Shown: positions 13,510 through 25,879 of the stretch, piece by piece
Layout: each line of letters begins with the position of its first letter
Numbering within the stretch: the stretch's first letter is position 1
Notes under the pieces: model-generated
Databases searched by the model: none
What the model was told of the DNA's origin: nothing
What the model saw: the letters and a program-made list of their open reading frames with translations, nothing else
Assembly (NCBI RefSeq): GCF_036321535.1
Contig: NC_087437.1
Location: 54,810,001-54,874,000, forward strand
DNA: 64,000 nucleotides
Source of the DNA: Camelus dromedarius
Lineage: Eukaryota
Direction: 5' to 3'
Program-made: the position numbers and the translations under genes

Positions 13510-14400
13510 TACTCAAGTGTTTTATGAGCATCTGCCATGTGCCAGGGACCTCCTAGGTGCTGGGGTTGTAGAAACTGACAGTAATTCTGCAAAAGCTAAC
13601 CTTTCACAGAATGTCCATCAGCAGACTCTTTTCTATACGGTGTTGAACAGCAACAGCTGGGTTCAGCAAAGGGCTCTTTGGGAACACATCAGGGGGACAA
13701 GGAAAACCCATCCTTGGGAGGCCTGGGGAGGTGTCTGAGAGGTGGTCGTCTCTAAACAGAAGTCTGAGAAGCCCGTGGGAGTTTGCTGGGTTGATGACCT
13801 GGGGACAGTAAAGGAGAAGAGTTTTTCAGGAAGAAGTAAGAAAATACGCCATCGTACGGAGGTAAGACACAGGCAAACCACAGCAGCTCAGTAGGCTTGG
13901 GGAATGGGAGACAGTCTGGGAAGGAAGTTTCTCCTGGGCCTGAAGGTCGGAGAGTCTGTCAGCATGGGTGTTCATAGACATGCCTGTGTCTTACTGTGAG
14001 GTCACAGAGGAGGATGAGGTCAGCTAGAGGATATGACATTTGAGCTGGGTCACAAAGAATGTCTAGGAGTTTTCTGAGGTAGTCCTGGCTGAAGGAACTA
14101 CAACTGTAGAGATAAACGTGTGTAAAAGAATGGTGTTTTCAGCTGGGAAAGGAATGGAAGTACTTGGAAGATGAGGTGAGTGAAACAGAAAGAATATAGC
14201 CAGAGTCATACATCGGTGAGGGTTGAATGGCAGCTTATAAATGGATTCTGGGCAGTGCAGTGGATTTGTACATTGTGCTCTTCATCCTGCCGGCAGCTGA
14301 GGGCGGTAGGGTTTGAGAGAAGACAGGAACATTTGAAGATTTTCGAAAAGAAATCAGAAGTATGCTTTAGAGAGAGGACTCTGGATATACTTGAATTGGA
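13510..14400 (-). mobile_element. L2 fragments
   Basis: Motifs tttatgagcatctgccatgtgccaggg, atgacatttgagctggg, gggtttgagagaagacagg and tgctttagagagaggactctgg. Confidence 0.6.
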
Positions 14401-14554
14401 GGAGCCCTGGATCATAAATGAAACTCAGGAGTGTGTCATTCCTGTCATTCAGCATGGTGCTTACCTGGTTAACATTGCATATAAGATTCTACCTATCAGT
14501 TGTCCTTTGCAGCAATGGTCAGTCATTTCTGCTACTAAGAAACTATATTTAAAC

Positions 14555-14760
14555 ATATGGAGCGATAACGAACATTCATTGAGAACTATGTCACATCCAT
14601 GTATTAATTCACTTGATCCTCACAACAGCCCAATGAGGCAGCCTGTCCTTTCCCCCCATTTTACAGGTAAGGAGATCGTGGCCCAGAGACATGAAACCTG
14701 GAGCTAGTGAGTGGCAGACCTGGTGTTTGAGCCACGACAGTGTAACTTCTAAGCCTAGCT
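14555..14760 (-). mobile_element. MIR
   Basis: ttgatcctcacaacagcccaatgaggcag, ccccattttacaggtaaggagatcgtggcccagaga and gctagtgagtggcaga. Confidence 0.75.
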
Positions 14761-14849
14761 ATATGAATCAACGACTGAATGCATAATCAAAAATACTAAC
14801 AGTAGTTGTGTGGGTGAGGAGGGATCTGGGGCAGGTTTTCGTTTGTTTT

Positions 14850-14995
14850 TTTACAGCTCAATGATTCAATGATTTTGCAGCCATTACCCTGACCTAATTT
14901 TACAGCATTTCTTCCGTTCCAAAAAGAAATCTCATACCCGATTGTAGTCACCCTCTGTTCTCACCTCCAACTTTATGTAACCTCGAATCTGCTTC
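14850..14995 (-). mobile_element. Short L1MB/MC-like 3' UTR fragment
   Basis: Motifs tgcagccattaccctgacctaattttacagcattt and ccaaaaagaaatctcataccc. Confidence 0.55.
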
Positions 14996-16674
14996 AGTGG
15001 TAATCAGTCTTTCAATGAATGTGACTTCAGTTTAGTGACAATTTGTTTTGAATGGCAGCCATCTTAATAGCCTCACTCAGTAACTTGGGAGTGTAACATA
15101 GTTTGAAATTCTAATTTCTAACATCTGCATGCAAGTAATGTCCTCTGTTCATAATTTAGGGCAGAGAAGGGTAAAAGTGCCAGCCCTGCATCGGTCATTG
15201 GTCACACACACGTGAGTAAGACTGTCCCAGGCCCCACACTTGAGTTTTCCATCTGTCCTTTGGAGAGGCTGACACGTGAATAGACACATGATAGAACAAC
15301 TCTGGAGAATGGAATTCTTCTAGAAACACAGGACTTGTGTTAAACTTCTTTCTGCTGGAAGCCACTGAATTGTTTTCAAAAATCTAGTCTGTACGAAGCA
15401 TTTGGAATGCTTGGCATTTTGAGAATAAAACCCACCTCAATTTTAAATAAAGTAAAAATTCCCCATCCACAATAGAGTAGTAATTGCCAGAGATAAAATA
15501 GCCCAGCTGTGGAGTGACTTAAGGACAGTTGGTCTCAGACAGAGAGCACCAGATAGGTGGCTGCTACACAAGGAACTGTAAGGCCTGAATTACTGTACCT
15601 ATTTGGTAGCACAGACGTGTAAAATGGCTTAAAATACAAATTGCAAATGTACCAGATTTGATCAATCTTAGCATTTCTTTTTCTTATTCTCTCAGTGCCC
15701 AGTTAAAAATAAAATCCGCCTGCCTCATTTTCCTGTGTGCAAGTTAGTTAGGATTAACTGGAGTTCTCAATAGGAAAGCAGTAGGTACAGTAGACGGCAT
15801 TGTGTAGTGGGTGAGAGCCGGTAGAGATAATTACACAGTCACTCCCACTATATTACCCTTCAAAGAAACTGAGCCTAATATTCTCCTCCTAAGCAATTTA
15901 ACCAACTTCTAAAAAAAAAAAAAAAGGTGGAAGATATTATTTAGAGAATGAAATAGCTACTGTATATAATCAGGAGGGAGAATTATAGCAAATCATAATA
16001 CTCATTTGCTAAGTGTATAAAGAGCTAAGCTCAAAGCTTTGTGTTGTACCTCTTAAGTAATTGTTCAGTTGTGCTGTCCTTTATAAAGGAGAAGAGATAA
16101 AAAAACTGCTAAAAAAAAATCAATTGTTATACTTGTTCAGTAAGCTTGTCCCCTCTGGGCATAGATTCAGTCTTAATTTCATGCTCTGTGAGGATCAAGC
16201 ACACATTTGGTCTTCAAATATTTAACAGTGGTGATTTCTTTGCTTCTCCTACGATAATAGCCATGTAGGAACATAGACACTAATAAAACTAAATATAATA
16301 AAAATGTGTTTTAAGAGCTACAGCATGCATGTCTGTGTAGGTATAGATGTTCTATATCTGTGTTCATTGCACGTACATCCCAATATTTTACAAAGATATT
16401 TAAGGCTGCATGCAGATTATTTCAGTAATTCTTTGACGATAACCAAAAGGAGGCCCAGACATCTGCTAAATTGTCCATTTAGTATATAAAAGAGTTGGCA
16501 GTAATGCAAGAGTCGATTTCCCTTTGGTTTGCTTTAAACAAAACAGCCCAATGTGTAAACTTTAAAAGACTTCAGTGTTTGAGCACTTTCCTTTGCACTC
16601 ATAATTCTTACGCCTCCAATGTCAAAAAAAAAAAAAAAAAAGTACTGATCTGATTGCTGTAATGAGAAGCTGTA

Positions 16675-16870
16675 CCACATAGTGGCTACGAGCAGTTACT
16701 CAAAAGATGGTTCTGGATCCTCCACTTACTAGCCGTGTGCCCTTCAGCAGGCAGCGGATATCTCCTGCCTCAGTTCGACATGGCTGTGCTAATAGAGTGC
16801 CCGCTACATGCAGCTGTTACGAGTAGTCAGTCGCTACTGTACATAGATCAGTAAAGCGCTGCGTCTCTCA
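16675..16870 (+). mobile_element. MIR
   Basis: catagtggctacgagca, ccacttactagccgtgtgccctt and ctgcctcagtt. Confidence 0.6.
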
Positions 16871-17686
16871 CATACTTATATTTTGTCAATTCTAAAGCCC
16901 ATATTCACAACCTGAACATTGCTGACTAATTACTGTTGGTGAGTAATTAACAATAACATAGTTGTCATTGTTGCAAATGCACATCAAAACTTTGGAAGAA
17001 AATCCTGTGGTGATGATGGAACCCTCTTTTCTTACTGCTCTTGAAGATCCAGAGAACATTATTATGGGGAAAAAAATAGAACTCCTAAGATTTTCAGCTG
17101 AAAAATGGTTCAAAGGGCTGAACTCTAAATACAAAGAAACTTTAGAAATACTTCAATTTGTTTCAACTTATATATATTTTTGTATATATGCAGGGAGATG
17201 CGTCTATGATTTTAAGAAAAACTGTCTTATTTTACAGTGTTTCTTTCAGTATAACATAAATTCTATGTAGTAGTTAAACACTATATCATAAGTTACAGTA
17301 TTGTTTGATTCTTGTTGGTGCAGTGGTACATTTTATAATCAGTGACGCCTTTTTTGATGGGACATTGCAGTAAATTCTCAGAAATGTTAGCAGTTCTAAT
17401 TACTATTTGGGTTGAGGTTAATGTGGGTAGGTACATTGTCAAAGTTAAGGGTCCTGAGGCCTTTGAATCTGAGTGGAGTGGATTGAAAGAATACCTGGAG
17501 TTTACCAAAAGTCTCGAGAATTTGCCTTGCATCTGTATCAGTATGACTTGACTTGCCCACATTCATTCAGTGGATATTGCAATAGCTTGGGCTGAAATTC
17601 ACATCTGCTAAATACATACAACGCTGCCCTTCTCTCTTGATTGTGAGGGTTCCATTGAATAACAGAAGTGAATGCACTTTGTAAGA

Positions 17687-18043
17687 AGTATCAGTCAGGG
17701 ATGGTCCAGAGAATGCTGTGCTCACAAATATTCTCCAAATTTAGCTTTTCAAACAAAGGTTTATTTTTTTGCTCATGTTACTTGTTCACCGTGGGCCAGA
17801 AGGACTTCTTTGCAGGTGACTGGAATATCTACCATCTCTAACACTGCTGGCCCCCTCCCAGAGTAAAAGGGCTCTCTCAGGGTCGTGACCCAGCAGGTGC
17901 GTGCTCTGGCCTGTAAGTACCACATGTGGACTTGTATTCACGACTTGTTAGCCAAAATGATTCACACGGCTCCACCTCGCCATAAGGGAGCCAGAAAGCA
18001 GAGAGCTGGAAATATTTAGAAAGCAGCCCTGATGACTACCACA
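17687..18043 (-). mobile_element. ERVL-MaLR solo LTR (MLT1K/L-like)
   Basis: Starts tatcagtcagggatgg, contains acaaaggtttatttt and accatctctaacactgctggcc, and ends gagagctggaaatattt...tgatgactaccaca. Confidence 0.7.
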
Positions 18044-18054
18044 AAGTTTGTAGT

Positions 18055-18215
18055 GATAATAATAATGATTAGCAGTCGATGAGCGCTTCCCATATACCAA
18101 GAACTATTGCAAGTGCCTTTCATGTGTGGCGTCCTTCAGCCCTCATGAAGTAGGTATGCTCTTGGTCTCCATTGTACAAGTGGGAAACCGAGGCACAAAA
18201 GAGGTAAACTAACCC
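18055..18215 (-). mobile_element. MIR
   Basis: tgagcgcttcccatataccaag and ctccattgtacaagtgggaaaccgaggcaca. Confidence 0.65.
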
Positions 18216-18285
18216 GTGTAAAGAGACAACAGGGCTTTTGCAAGATCTGTTGTATTAATATGTATATCGTTGAATGATATCTTTT

Positions 18286-18347
18286 GAATTGAATGTATCT
18301 TTTTAAATTATAAGGGGAATTGAATGTATCTTTTTAAACTGTAAAAG
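18286..18347. repeat. 31-bp x2 diverged tandem duplication
   Basis: gaattgaatgtatctttttaaa (22 bp identical) starts at 18286 and at 18317, and the 9-bp tails differ. Confidence 0.85.
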
Positions 18348-19554
18348 GAAGATACAGTTGAGAATTCTTCTATCCTGAAAAATGGAGACTGGACTACGTG
18401 ATTCCTAAAGTTCCCTAAAATTTCACCTGAATCCTAAAATGACCTATACAAAAGGTGACTCCCATGTTTCTTTGGAGCCTCATCTTCAGAATCCAGCACA
18501 CTTCCCTACTATCTCAGGAGAGGAGTGTTGTCCCAGTAAATGGGCTGCTAGAGTTTCTGTGAATGTTCTCCCTTTGACTTCTTTCAACTTTCCATTTGAG
18601 AATTTCAAACATACGTAAAAGTAGATGACTATAGTGAATCCAATTAACCAGATTATCAGTTATCCACACACAATTATCAATGCCCACACAATCTTGCTTG
18701 ACTTAGCTTTGTAAGTTACTGGCCACTCCATCAAGGAGAGCTTTGAACACAGACTGAGTGCCTTTGGGGATGCTTAGCGAGGGAAGACGTAGGGGCGACG
18801 GGATAGAAGAGATCCATTTGCAGAGAGGGCATTGCTAATCAATACCTTGGACAAGTTTTCAAGCTGAGGATAAGTAATAGGTTAATCATTCATGGGACAC
18901 TCTTGCAAGGTAAGGGGAGCGGGGAGAGATTTGCTGTTAATGTGTGTCAAAGTTATTACTTTTCTCCCCAGCTAAAACTGTAATCTTGCCTGTCATTGAG
19001 ATGGTTAATAAACAGAGAGAGCTGGCCATCTGACATCTGTTTTGGGGCAGCACAGGAGAGCTCTTGCCAGGCAGAGAATCCACTGAACTAGAAGGCACTG
19101 TGCCTGACCATCCTGACCTCCCAGGTCAGTGACATCCAGGGGGCCCTGGGGCACTGAACCTCCCTGTCTCTTTTTGAAAGATGCGTATACTAACCGCGCG
19201 GGTGCCCCACCAACCTATTATAACATTCAGTTAACAACTGTTCCTCAAATGCTGTGAGCTCCCTGTTCGGATAGATGTGACTGAAATGTAAAGTACCTTT
19301 CACTGCCTTATTTATTGCTCGAGCGAACACGCTATATGTTGGCACCGTTTATCTTCATTTTAATTTTATCTCCAACAAATATAGGCATTAATTTAAATCA
19401 CATACAGAACATAACAGTTTTTATAGAGGCAAACTTATTCCAGTGTGCTGCATTTTAATATCACACTTTACCATCTTTTCTCACTTGATTCAAGAATAGT
19501 ATCTCTTCCTGCCTCAGCATTTAATCTGAGGACAACAGAAACTTTTTTTTTTTT

Positions 19555-20130
19555 TTGTGCGTGCGTGTTCTTGCTCTCAAACTTCACCGCTCTGCTGTTG
19601 GCTGCCTAGAAGTTTGTGAGTGTGAGCACAGGCGTGTGTTAGTGATTCTCTTTCTCCTCTGTCAGCTTAACTTCCCGTCGGGGGCTGCGGAACCCAATGT
19701 GATGGGTTTTAGAGCTTATTCACCATTGGGTACCTGCTCTAACGGGAACAGAAGCAACACAAGGTACGCTGCTCCTGAAATTCATGCATTGAATCTCTTT
19801 AAAGGGTTCCTGTTTTCTGATCTGCCTTTCATTCGAAGGGAAAATCTCCCTCTTTCTTCATAGCTGTCGCTTGTGCAGCAGCTCATTCTTTCCCCGGAGG
19901 GGAAGCAAGCTAAACGGGTGGCTGTATTTATGGCTGCGAACCATTCCAGTTGGCTGCTACCCCGTCAGTAACGGCGAGTTCCCAGTCCTTAATGTGTGGC
20001 CTGAAAAGCTGCGTCTCTCCTCAATTAAGACTTGCCGGATTGCCTCTGACGTAGCAGCGTCTTCCCAGAAGTCAGGGCCGTGGGGGCAGGAACAACATGA
20101 ACACGACCGTGAGACAACATGGTTTTAAGC
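19555..20130. promoter_or_regulatory. CpG-enriched intronic patch, candidate alternative promoter or enhancer
   Basis: Roughly two dozen CpGs by eye in about 570 bp of unique sequence, against a CpG-depleted background. Confidence 0.35.
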
Positions 20131-20339
20131 TATTCCAGGCTCCTTTGAGAAGCTCTGAGGGACTTCCCCTCCAAAGCAGTACACCGAAAAAAATACAAAA
20201 AACAAACAAAACCTTATTTTTCTAGTTTGTCAGGCCTCTGAATATCTAGGTTCAGAGACATCTGTCAGAGCCCCCTCCTTTTTTTTTTTTAACATTTAGT
20301 TGGGGTTTAAAGTGTACCAGTTACTGTTTAAGTTCCCTT

Positions 20340-20510
20340 TTTTTATCCTTGTAACAGCCCTCTGAGACAGACACCATGGTTATGCTCATTTTACAGATGA
20401 GGAGACAAGGCCCAGAGAAGTTAAGGGTTTTTTTGTTTTTTTTTCTGAATTCCCCAAGCTGGGATGTGGCAAAGCTGGGAGTTTTGAATCCAGTCTGCTT
20501 TCACTTAGGT
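20340..20510 (-). mobile_element. MIR
   Basis: cattttacagatgaggagacaaggcccagagaagttaag and gtggcaaagctgggagttttgaatccagtctg. Confidence 0.75.
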
Positions 20511-21324
20511 GCTTTTGGTATAGCTAGCTCTCTTCAGCCTGAATTCTTGACCGCTTGTTTGATGCTGACTTTCCCCAAACCCTTAATCTTTGTGCTACTA
20601 GGTGCATTGTATCTATGGCAAGAGTTTGGTTACCCTGGAAACCCTGTAGCTAGAATGGCAGCCCAATTATAGCAGCCCCGCTCTGGTTTTATTAAATCAG
20701 CGTTGCTGACGACATGGGCTTCTTGATGGAAGGACGCTAAGGTCTGCGTTCTCACCAGTTTGTTCTTGCCTCTTAGGACCATTTGGGATCATTCTTTCCT
20801 ACTCCACCAAACAAACAAAAAGATACTTCTTTGAGTGATTGATTGGATTTGAGAGATACGTTAGGATTGCCTTTCTGGACCGTGGACTTCCAGCAGTGGC
20901 TGGAGATGCATTCAAGTGCGTGGAAAAGAGACCTGACTGGATTTGCCTGCCCTTTGAGTCGCCTACCCCACCCCACAACAGTCTGCTGATTTAGGGCGCT
21001 GATCTGAATGGCTGAGGCTCATGGTCATCTGTTTCCGTGGTTCTTATTCTGCTTCAGCCCATGAGTTTATGTCCAGACTTGGTGCAGGAAAAGAGGCAGC
21101 TTTTTGATATTCTTTGGGCCTTTGCAGACTTCAGGTGGACCAAGAATTTGCTGTGATTCAGTGAGTTTCCTTTAAATACACAGAGTTTAAATAGAATTGA
21201 ATATAGTTGGTGCTTAGTCCAGAGACACCAGCGTGGAGAAAATGATGTTCTTTATGCTAGTGGGCTGTTGGCTCCTTGAGGTGGTAACTGGCAGGCTGGT
21301 AGAATGTTGTGTTACTTCCTTCCA

Positions 21325-22000
21325 CGTATCACACACTGTGCCAGGCGCATTACCTGTTACCTCTGTGAATATCATCAGCTCTATTATTAGCTCCATTTTA
21401 CTGAGGAGCAAAGGAAAAGCTAGAAGAGATGGTTTGCTCATTTGCAGGGCTGTTCAGTGATGGTGAGATGTGAGCAGAAGTTCCTAACTTGCAGTCCAGT
21501 GTTCTTTTCTTTATACTGTAGTGTGTCAAGGTCGATTTCTATATCTCAGAAAACAAAACGAGGATTAAAATCACAATTCTTGAAGTTCTATTACTGGAAC
21601 GATTTTTGTCTTGAAAAAATGAATGTCTGCACGTCCTGTCTAAAACAATAGTACTCGGAGGAGACGGGGCTGCACCCTCCTATGCACACCTGGGCTGGTG
21701 ATGTTCCCACGACTACCTCCCTCACCAGTGAGCAGATTTCCAGAAATTCAAAATGGTGAGGAGAATTATGCATCTTTAAAAACCACTATGCATTCTGTGT
21801 TAACTCTTCCACCTGTACATAGACATTCACTGAAGTCCTGGCTCCACCGTTTACTGGCTTGGTGACCTTAACTAGTATAGTTGGTGTCTCCGTGCCTCAT
21901 TTCCTCATGAGAAAAACTGGAACAGTTATGATATTGGAGTAAAATGCTGACTTGTAAAGAAATGAGTGAGAAGCGTTTTATCAGCTGCACAGTGGGAATC
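21325..22000. mobile_element. Two MIR fragments (about 21325-21515 on -, about 21830-22000 on +)
   Basis: ctccattttactgaggagcaaagg on the first and ttactggcttggtgacctta...gtgcctcatttcctcatg on the second. Confidence 0.55.
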
Positions 22001-22619
22001 TCATGGGAGTTAGCAGTGTTACTCCCATGACGACCCAGCCGTCTCCCACGTTCACTCCTCTCTACCCCAGTACCTTCTAGTCGTATAAACTTTATCTGAG
22101 AGTATCTTGGATATTCCTTACGTATAATTGTAGGGACTCAGAGGTTAAAATCCTAATTCTGTTTTTGTTTCCCTGACAGTAGCAAACTTTTCTCTAATTC
22201 ACTCTGTGAAAGGAGGAAAAAGACCCTAGATACTTGCACATCTCTTACTTAGAGATGAGTCTATGTATTACTTGAATTGTGACATGTATTTTCATACACA
22301 TACAAATACATATGTGTATTTTATAACATTTAAAGTGATACATACACTAACAGTTATTTCTGGGGTCATAGGAGATAAGACTTCTTATACTTTTCTGCAT
22401 ATTTTTAAAACTCCTATAATTAGCCTACTTTACTTTTGTTTTACATGTATATTGTAATTTATAGAAGTGGTTTGGTAAATGTATATATAATGTTTATTTT
22501 CATAAATTTGTATAAGTGTACATATGTATGTACATACACACATGCAGTATTTTAGCAAAGTAAGACACCTTTTAACAATAAACGTCTACAAGGGTGAGTT
22601 AAAAAGCTATTAAATTTTT

Positions 22620-22780
22620 CCATCCCTCGCTCTCTTCCTCCCACCCTCTCCTTCCCTTTTTCCCTCTTCTCTCCAAATTGTCTTAGCTATCTATCAATCT
22701 ATCTAATCTATCTATCTAATCATCTTTCTATCTATCTTTCTATGTAATCGCTCCCTCCACCGGTTTTCTTTCCTTTGCCC
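22620..22780. repeat. Pyrimidine-rich low-complexity tract with imperfect (TCTA)n
   Basis: CT-rich runs flank ctatctatcaatctatctaatctatctatct. Confidence 0.85.
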
Positions 22781-24089
22781 CTGCCCAGCACCTTTTTAAC
22801 ACCTTGCAGAATAGAGACTGAAACAATCTTGATCTTAAATACAATGTTTTAGAAAACTGGAGAGCATTTTTTGAGTGAGGTGGCTTGTCTTTCTATCCAC
22901 CTATCACTGTCATACTTGAACTTACCTCAGAACAAAAGTAGAACTATGATTTTTAACACTAATTTCAGGATTTAATGAACAGAATGCCTTTCCTTCCCAA
23001 CCACCCTGATGAGAGAGAACAGAACACTTAATGCACATCTGGTGTTCTAGTAACACACTTCCAAGCTGAGAGCCCTTTATGGTCCCAGCAGCCCTTACGA
23101 TTTCTTTTCCTTTCTTTTCAAGTTTGTAGGATCGTGGCTGATTTGCTTTGGGTCCCAACAACTAAAGCGTACACACTTTGTTTTCTGTCTCCAGATGTCT
23201 GCTGTGAGTGTGAATTTTATTCCTTCTTCCTGGGACCACCATTGGGCTACTGATAATTTTTCTTTGTGTGATGTTTCCCTCATCAGTCTAGGTTGTGCTG
23301 TTAATTTTAGTTATTATATTAATTTAATCCAGAGTGAAGGGGTCAAGTGTTTGTCTATCTCTCTGAGTTTTTTAAGGGGAAACATTATTTCCCACTTACA
23401 GAGACTGACCTCAGCAGTCCATCTTCTCACCTTTTTTCTTTTTTCAATTTGATCTGTCCAACTAAGGGGACCACATTTAGTACTTGCTAGTTGAGACTTG
23501 CGTTCTACAATTCTGAGTGAGTTCCTCCTCTGGCCCCCTCTCCCCACGGTGCACTGAGTCACAATGCGATCACCAGCTGCTTGTGTGTTGTGTACGTGGC
23601 ACATTAGATAGTGGGGAAGCCGAGGTTCAGCCTGGGAAGTACTTTCAGGAAAGGGTGGAGACTCTTTCTTCACTCTGATTATCTTTGAATGGCTTATTGG
23701 AGCTGGTATTAGTGATATAAATGATCATCCCTAAGTCTGTCTCAGTTCCAGCCCAGATGGAGTTTTGATTTTAGAAAATCATTCAGTGAAATGTATTTCC
23801 TGTGCCTGGTAGTCAATGATCACTTACCAAAAAAGGGGGTGGTGGGAGAATAAAAATAAACTTATGATAATTCACATACACTTAACCTTTACCGAGTGAG
23901 TAATACCAAAAAGGGAATGAAGTAGGCTCTGCTGACCAGCGTTTGCAAATGGATTCCAGGAATGTAGTTAGAGTTGCCAGAGCCATCTCTGAAGCCTGCC
24001 AAAAGCATCCCTTGGGATTTTGTTAAGGGTAGGGAAGTGGGAGATATGGAGGTGTGTATGTGGATGTGTTTTAAAGCTTTCTTGCCCAG

Positions 24090-24260
24090 CAGTGTGTGGT
24101 GGAAAGAACACTGGCAAAAAGCTGAGAAACTTGCATTCTGGACCTGGTTTCATTTCACCTAATCTTCATCATACTGGAAGCATCACTTACCTTCCTTGGA
24201 ACTTCAGTTATCATGTGCCAAATCAAGATGTCAGACTAAGATCTTTCAGATTATTCCGTA
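24090..24260 (+). mobile_element. MIR (MIR3-like)
   Basis: cagtgtgtggtggaaagaacactgg and cttcagttatcatgtgccaaatc...gactaagatcttt. Confidence 0.55.
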
Positions 24261-25086
24261 ATAGAAGGGCCATGCATGTCCATCATATCTGTTAACTACA
24301 CTAAAATAAATGGCAAAAAAAAGCAATCGCATTTTTTAAAAATGAAAAAAATAGTATTTCTAGTTAGTCAAGATATAATTCTGAATCTAACTAGATTTTG
24401 AAAGGCCCTGTTGAGTTAAGAGTTCAGGTACAAACCATGACTATGCAAACTGTAATACTGTTTGCCATACAATTGACAAGGCACCAAGGGCTGTTTTGCC
24501 AAAAGTCCTCTCGTATTTCTCAGGAGAGTAATACTACAATTCTTTTTCTCAATAAATCTCTCCTTTCCCAATTAAAAAAATATGACCCAAAGCATTCAGT
24601 GCATAGTTATAACTATAAGCGGTGATAACCTGTAAAGGATCGATGCATCAATAATGTCTATTACCTCTGCCTTTTCAATCATCTGTTTTTCTCCATTGTT
24701 ATTACTGTCTGTTATTCCCCTGTTCCTGATTTTAATTACTCCACTTTGTATGTAGAGTATGAAGACTTTTTTTTTTTAACCTTTCTATGTCTTGTAATTG
24801 CTCCCTGCCTTCTTGAGGGACAACTGAAATCTTCCAAGGGATCCAGGAGTCCCCATCTTACTGAAAAGCCCTTGGGGAAATATATTCCTAGTAATTTTGG
24901 CTTATAGTAGGAAAGCATTTTTTTTTTCCCCAGAAGCAACCTTACAGTCTGTTTAGGGTAGAAATCAGCGTGCAGCAAGGATGGTCTACATATAGCCTTG
25001 CAGCTGCATCAGCAGACCTTATGAATGTTTTGTTTTCTACCAAAAGTCAAAGATCAGACAGTGGGACTGGGGATGCCTACAGAAGG

Positions 25087-25489
25087 TGTATTAGTCAGTG
25101 TTTTACCAGAGCTGGTAGGAGACAAATACCAAGAGGTTTATTGCAAGGAATTAGCTGACATGAGTATATGGGCTGGCTTGATGGTCCCACTTCTGTACTG
25201 AAGGCTATGAGGAAGGGCAGGCTGCTGCTTGACTACAGAAGCTGACGTTAGTGTCCGCAGGTAGGATTTCTTCTCTTTTAAAGAAGTCTCAGTTTTGCTC
25301 GCAAGGCCTTTTAATTTTCAATCAGGCCAACCCAGATTATCTAGGATAATCCCTCTTACTTAAAGTCAACTGATTATGAACTTCAGTTACTTACACAAAA
25401 TACCTTTGCAGCCACACCTAGATGAGTGTTTGATTGAATACCTAGGGATACTGTACTAGAAAAATTGACACCAAAAACTGATCATTCCA
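25087..25489 (-). mobile_element. ERVL solo LTR, MLT2-family (MLT2D-like), with perfect 5-bp TSD
   Basis: TG...CA termini, with GAAGG at 25082-25086 and 25490-25494. It carries MLT2 motifs: cccagattatctaggataatc, ttacttaaagtcaactgattat, cacacctagatgagtgtttgattgaata. Confidence 0.88.
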
Positions 25490-25879
25490 GAAGGCTGGCT
25501 GTTTTCTACAAAAGATCAATCTGTGGTCCAGAAACCATGGGCCCTGAGAGCTCAGGAACAGGAAAAGTAGAAAAACTGTGGGAGAAACCCTGAGACTGGG
25601 TCAACACTGGGACTGGTGGCTGGAAGTGATGACAGACGTAGAGGGCAGTAAATGTGGACAAACTAGTGTTCTTACCTCACACATGTTGAGACCTGAAAAG
25701 GCTTTGCCTACCTACCCTGGGAATAGAACTGTTGCTTCTCAGATAGCTCCTTTGTGTTAGTTCTAAGTTCCAAACTGCAGAGTTGATTGCAGTTTCTTTT
25801 GCATTCTTAATTGATTTGTGATTTAGTAACATGCATATGCTTCTTCAAGGTTGAAAACATTTGACTAAAATGCTTTTTC

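Noticed and set aside
14180..14707. 175-aa ORF
   Set aside because: It runs through L2 and MIR relics, so it is probably a chance open frame.
16962..17551. Two protein-looking ORFs (102 and 69 aa)
   Set aside because: No recognisable family, no convincing splice structure, and no poly(A) or TSD indicating a retrocopy. A BLASTX search would be needed to revive them.
22001..22030. Hairpin TCATGGGAGT-10 nt-ACTCCCATGA
   Set aside because: About one 10-bp stem with a short loop is expected by chance in a window this size, and it is too short for a pre-miRNA.
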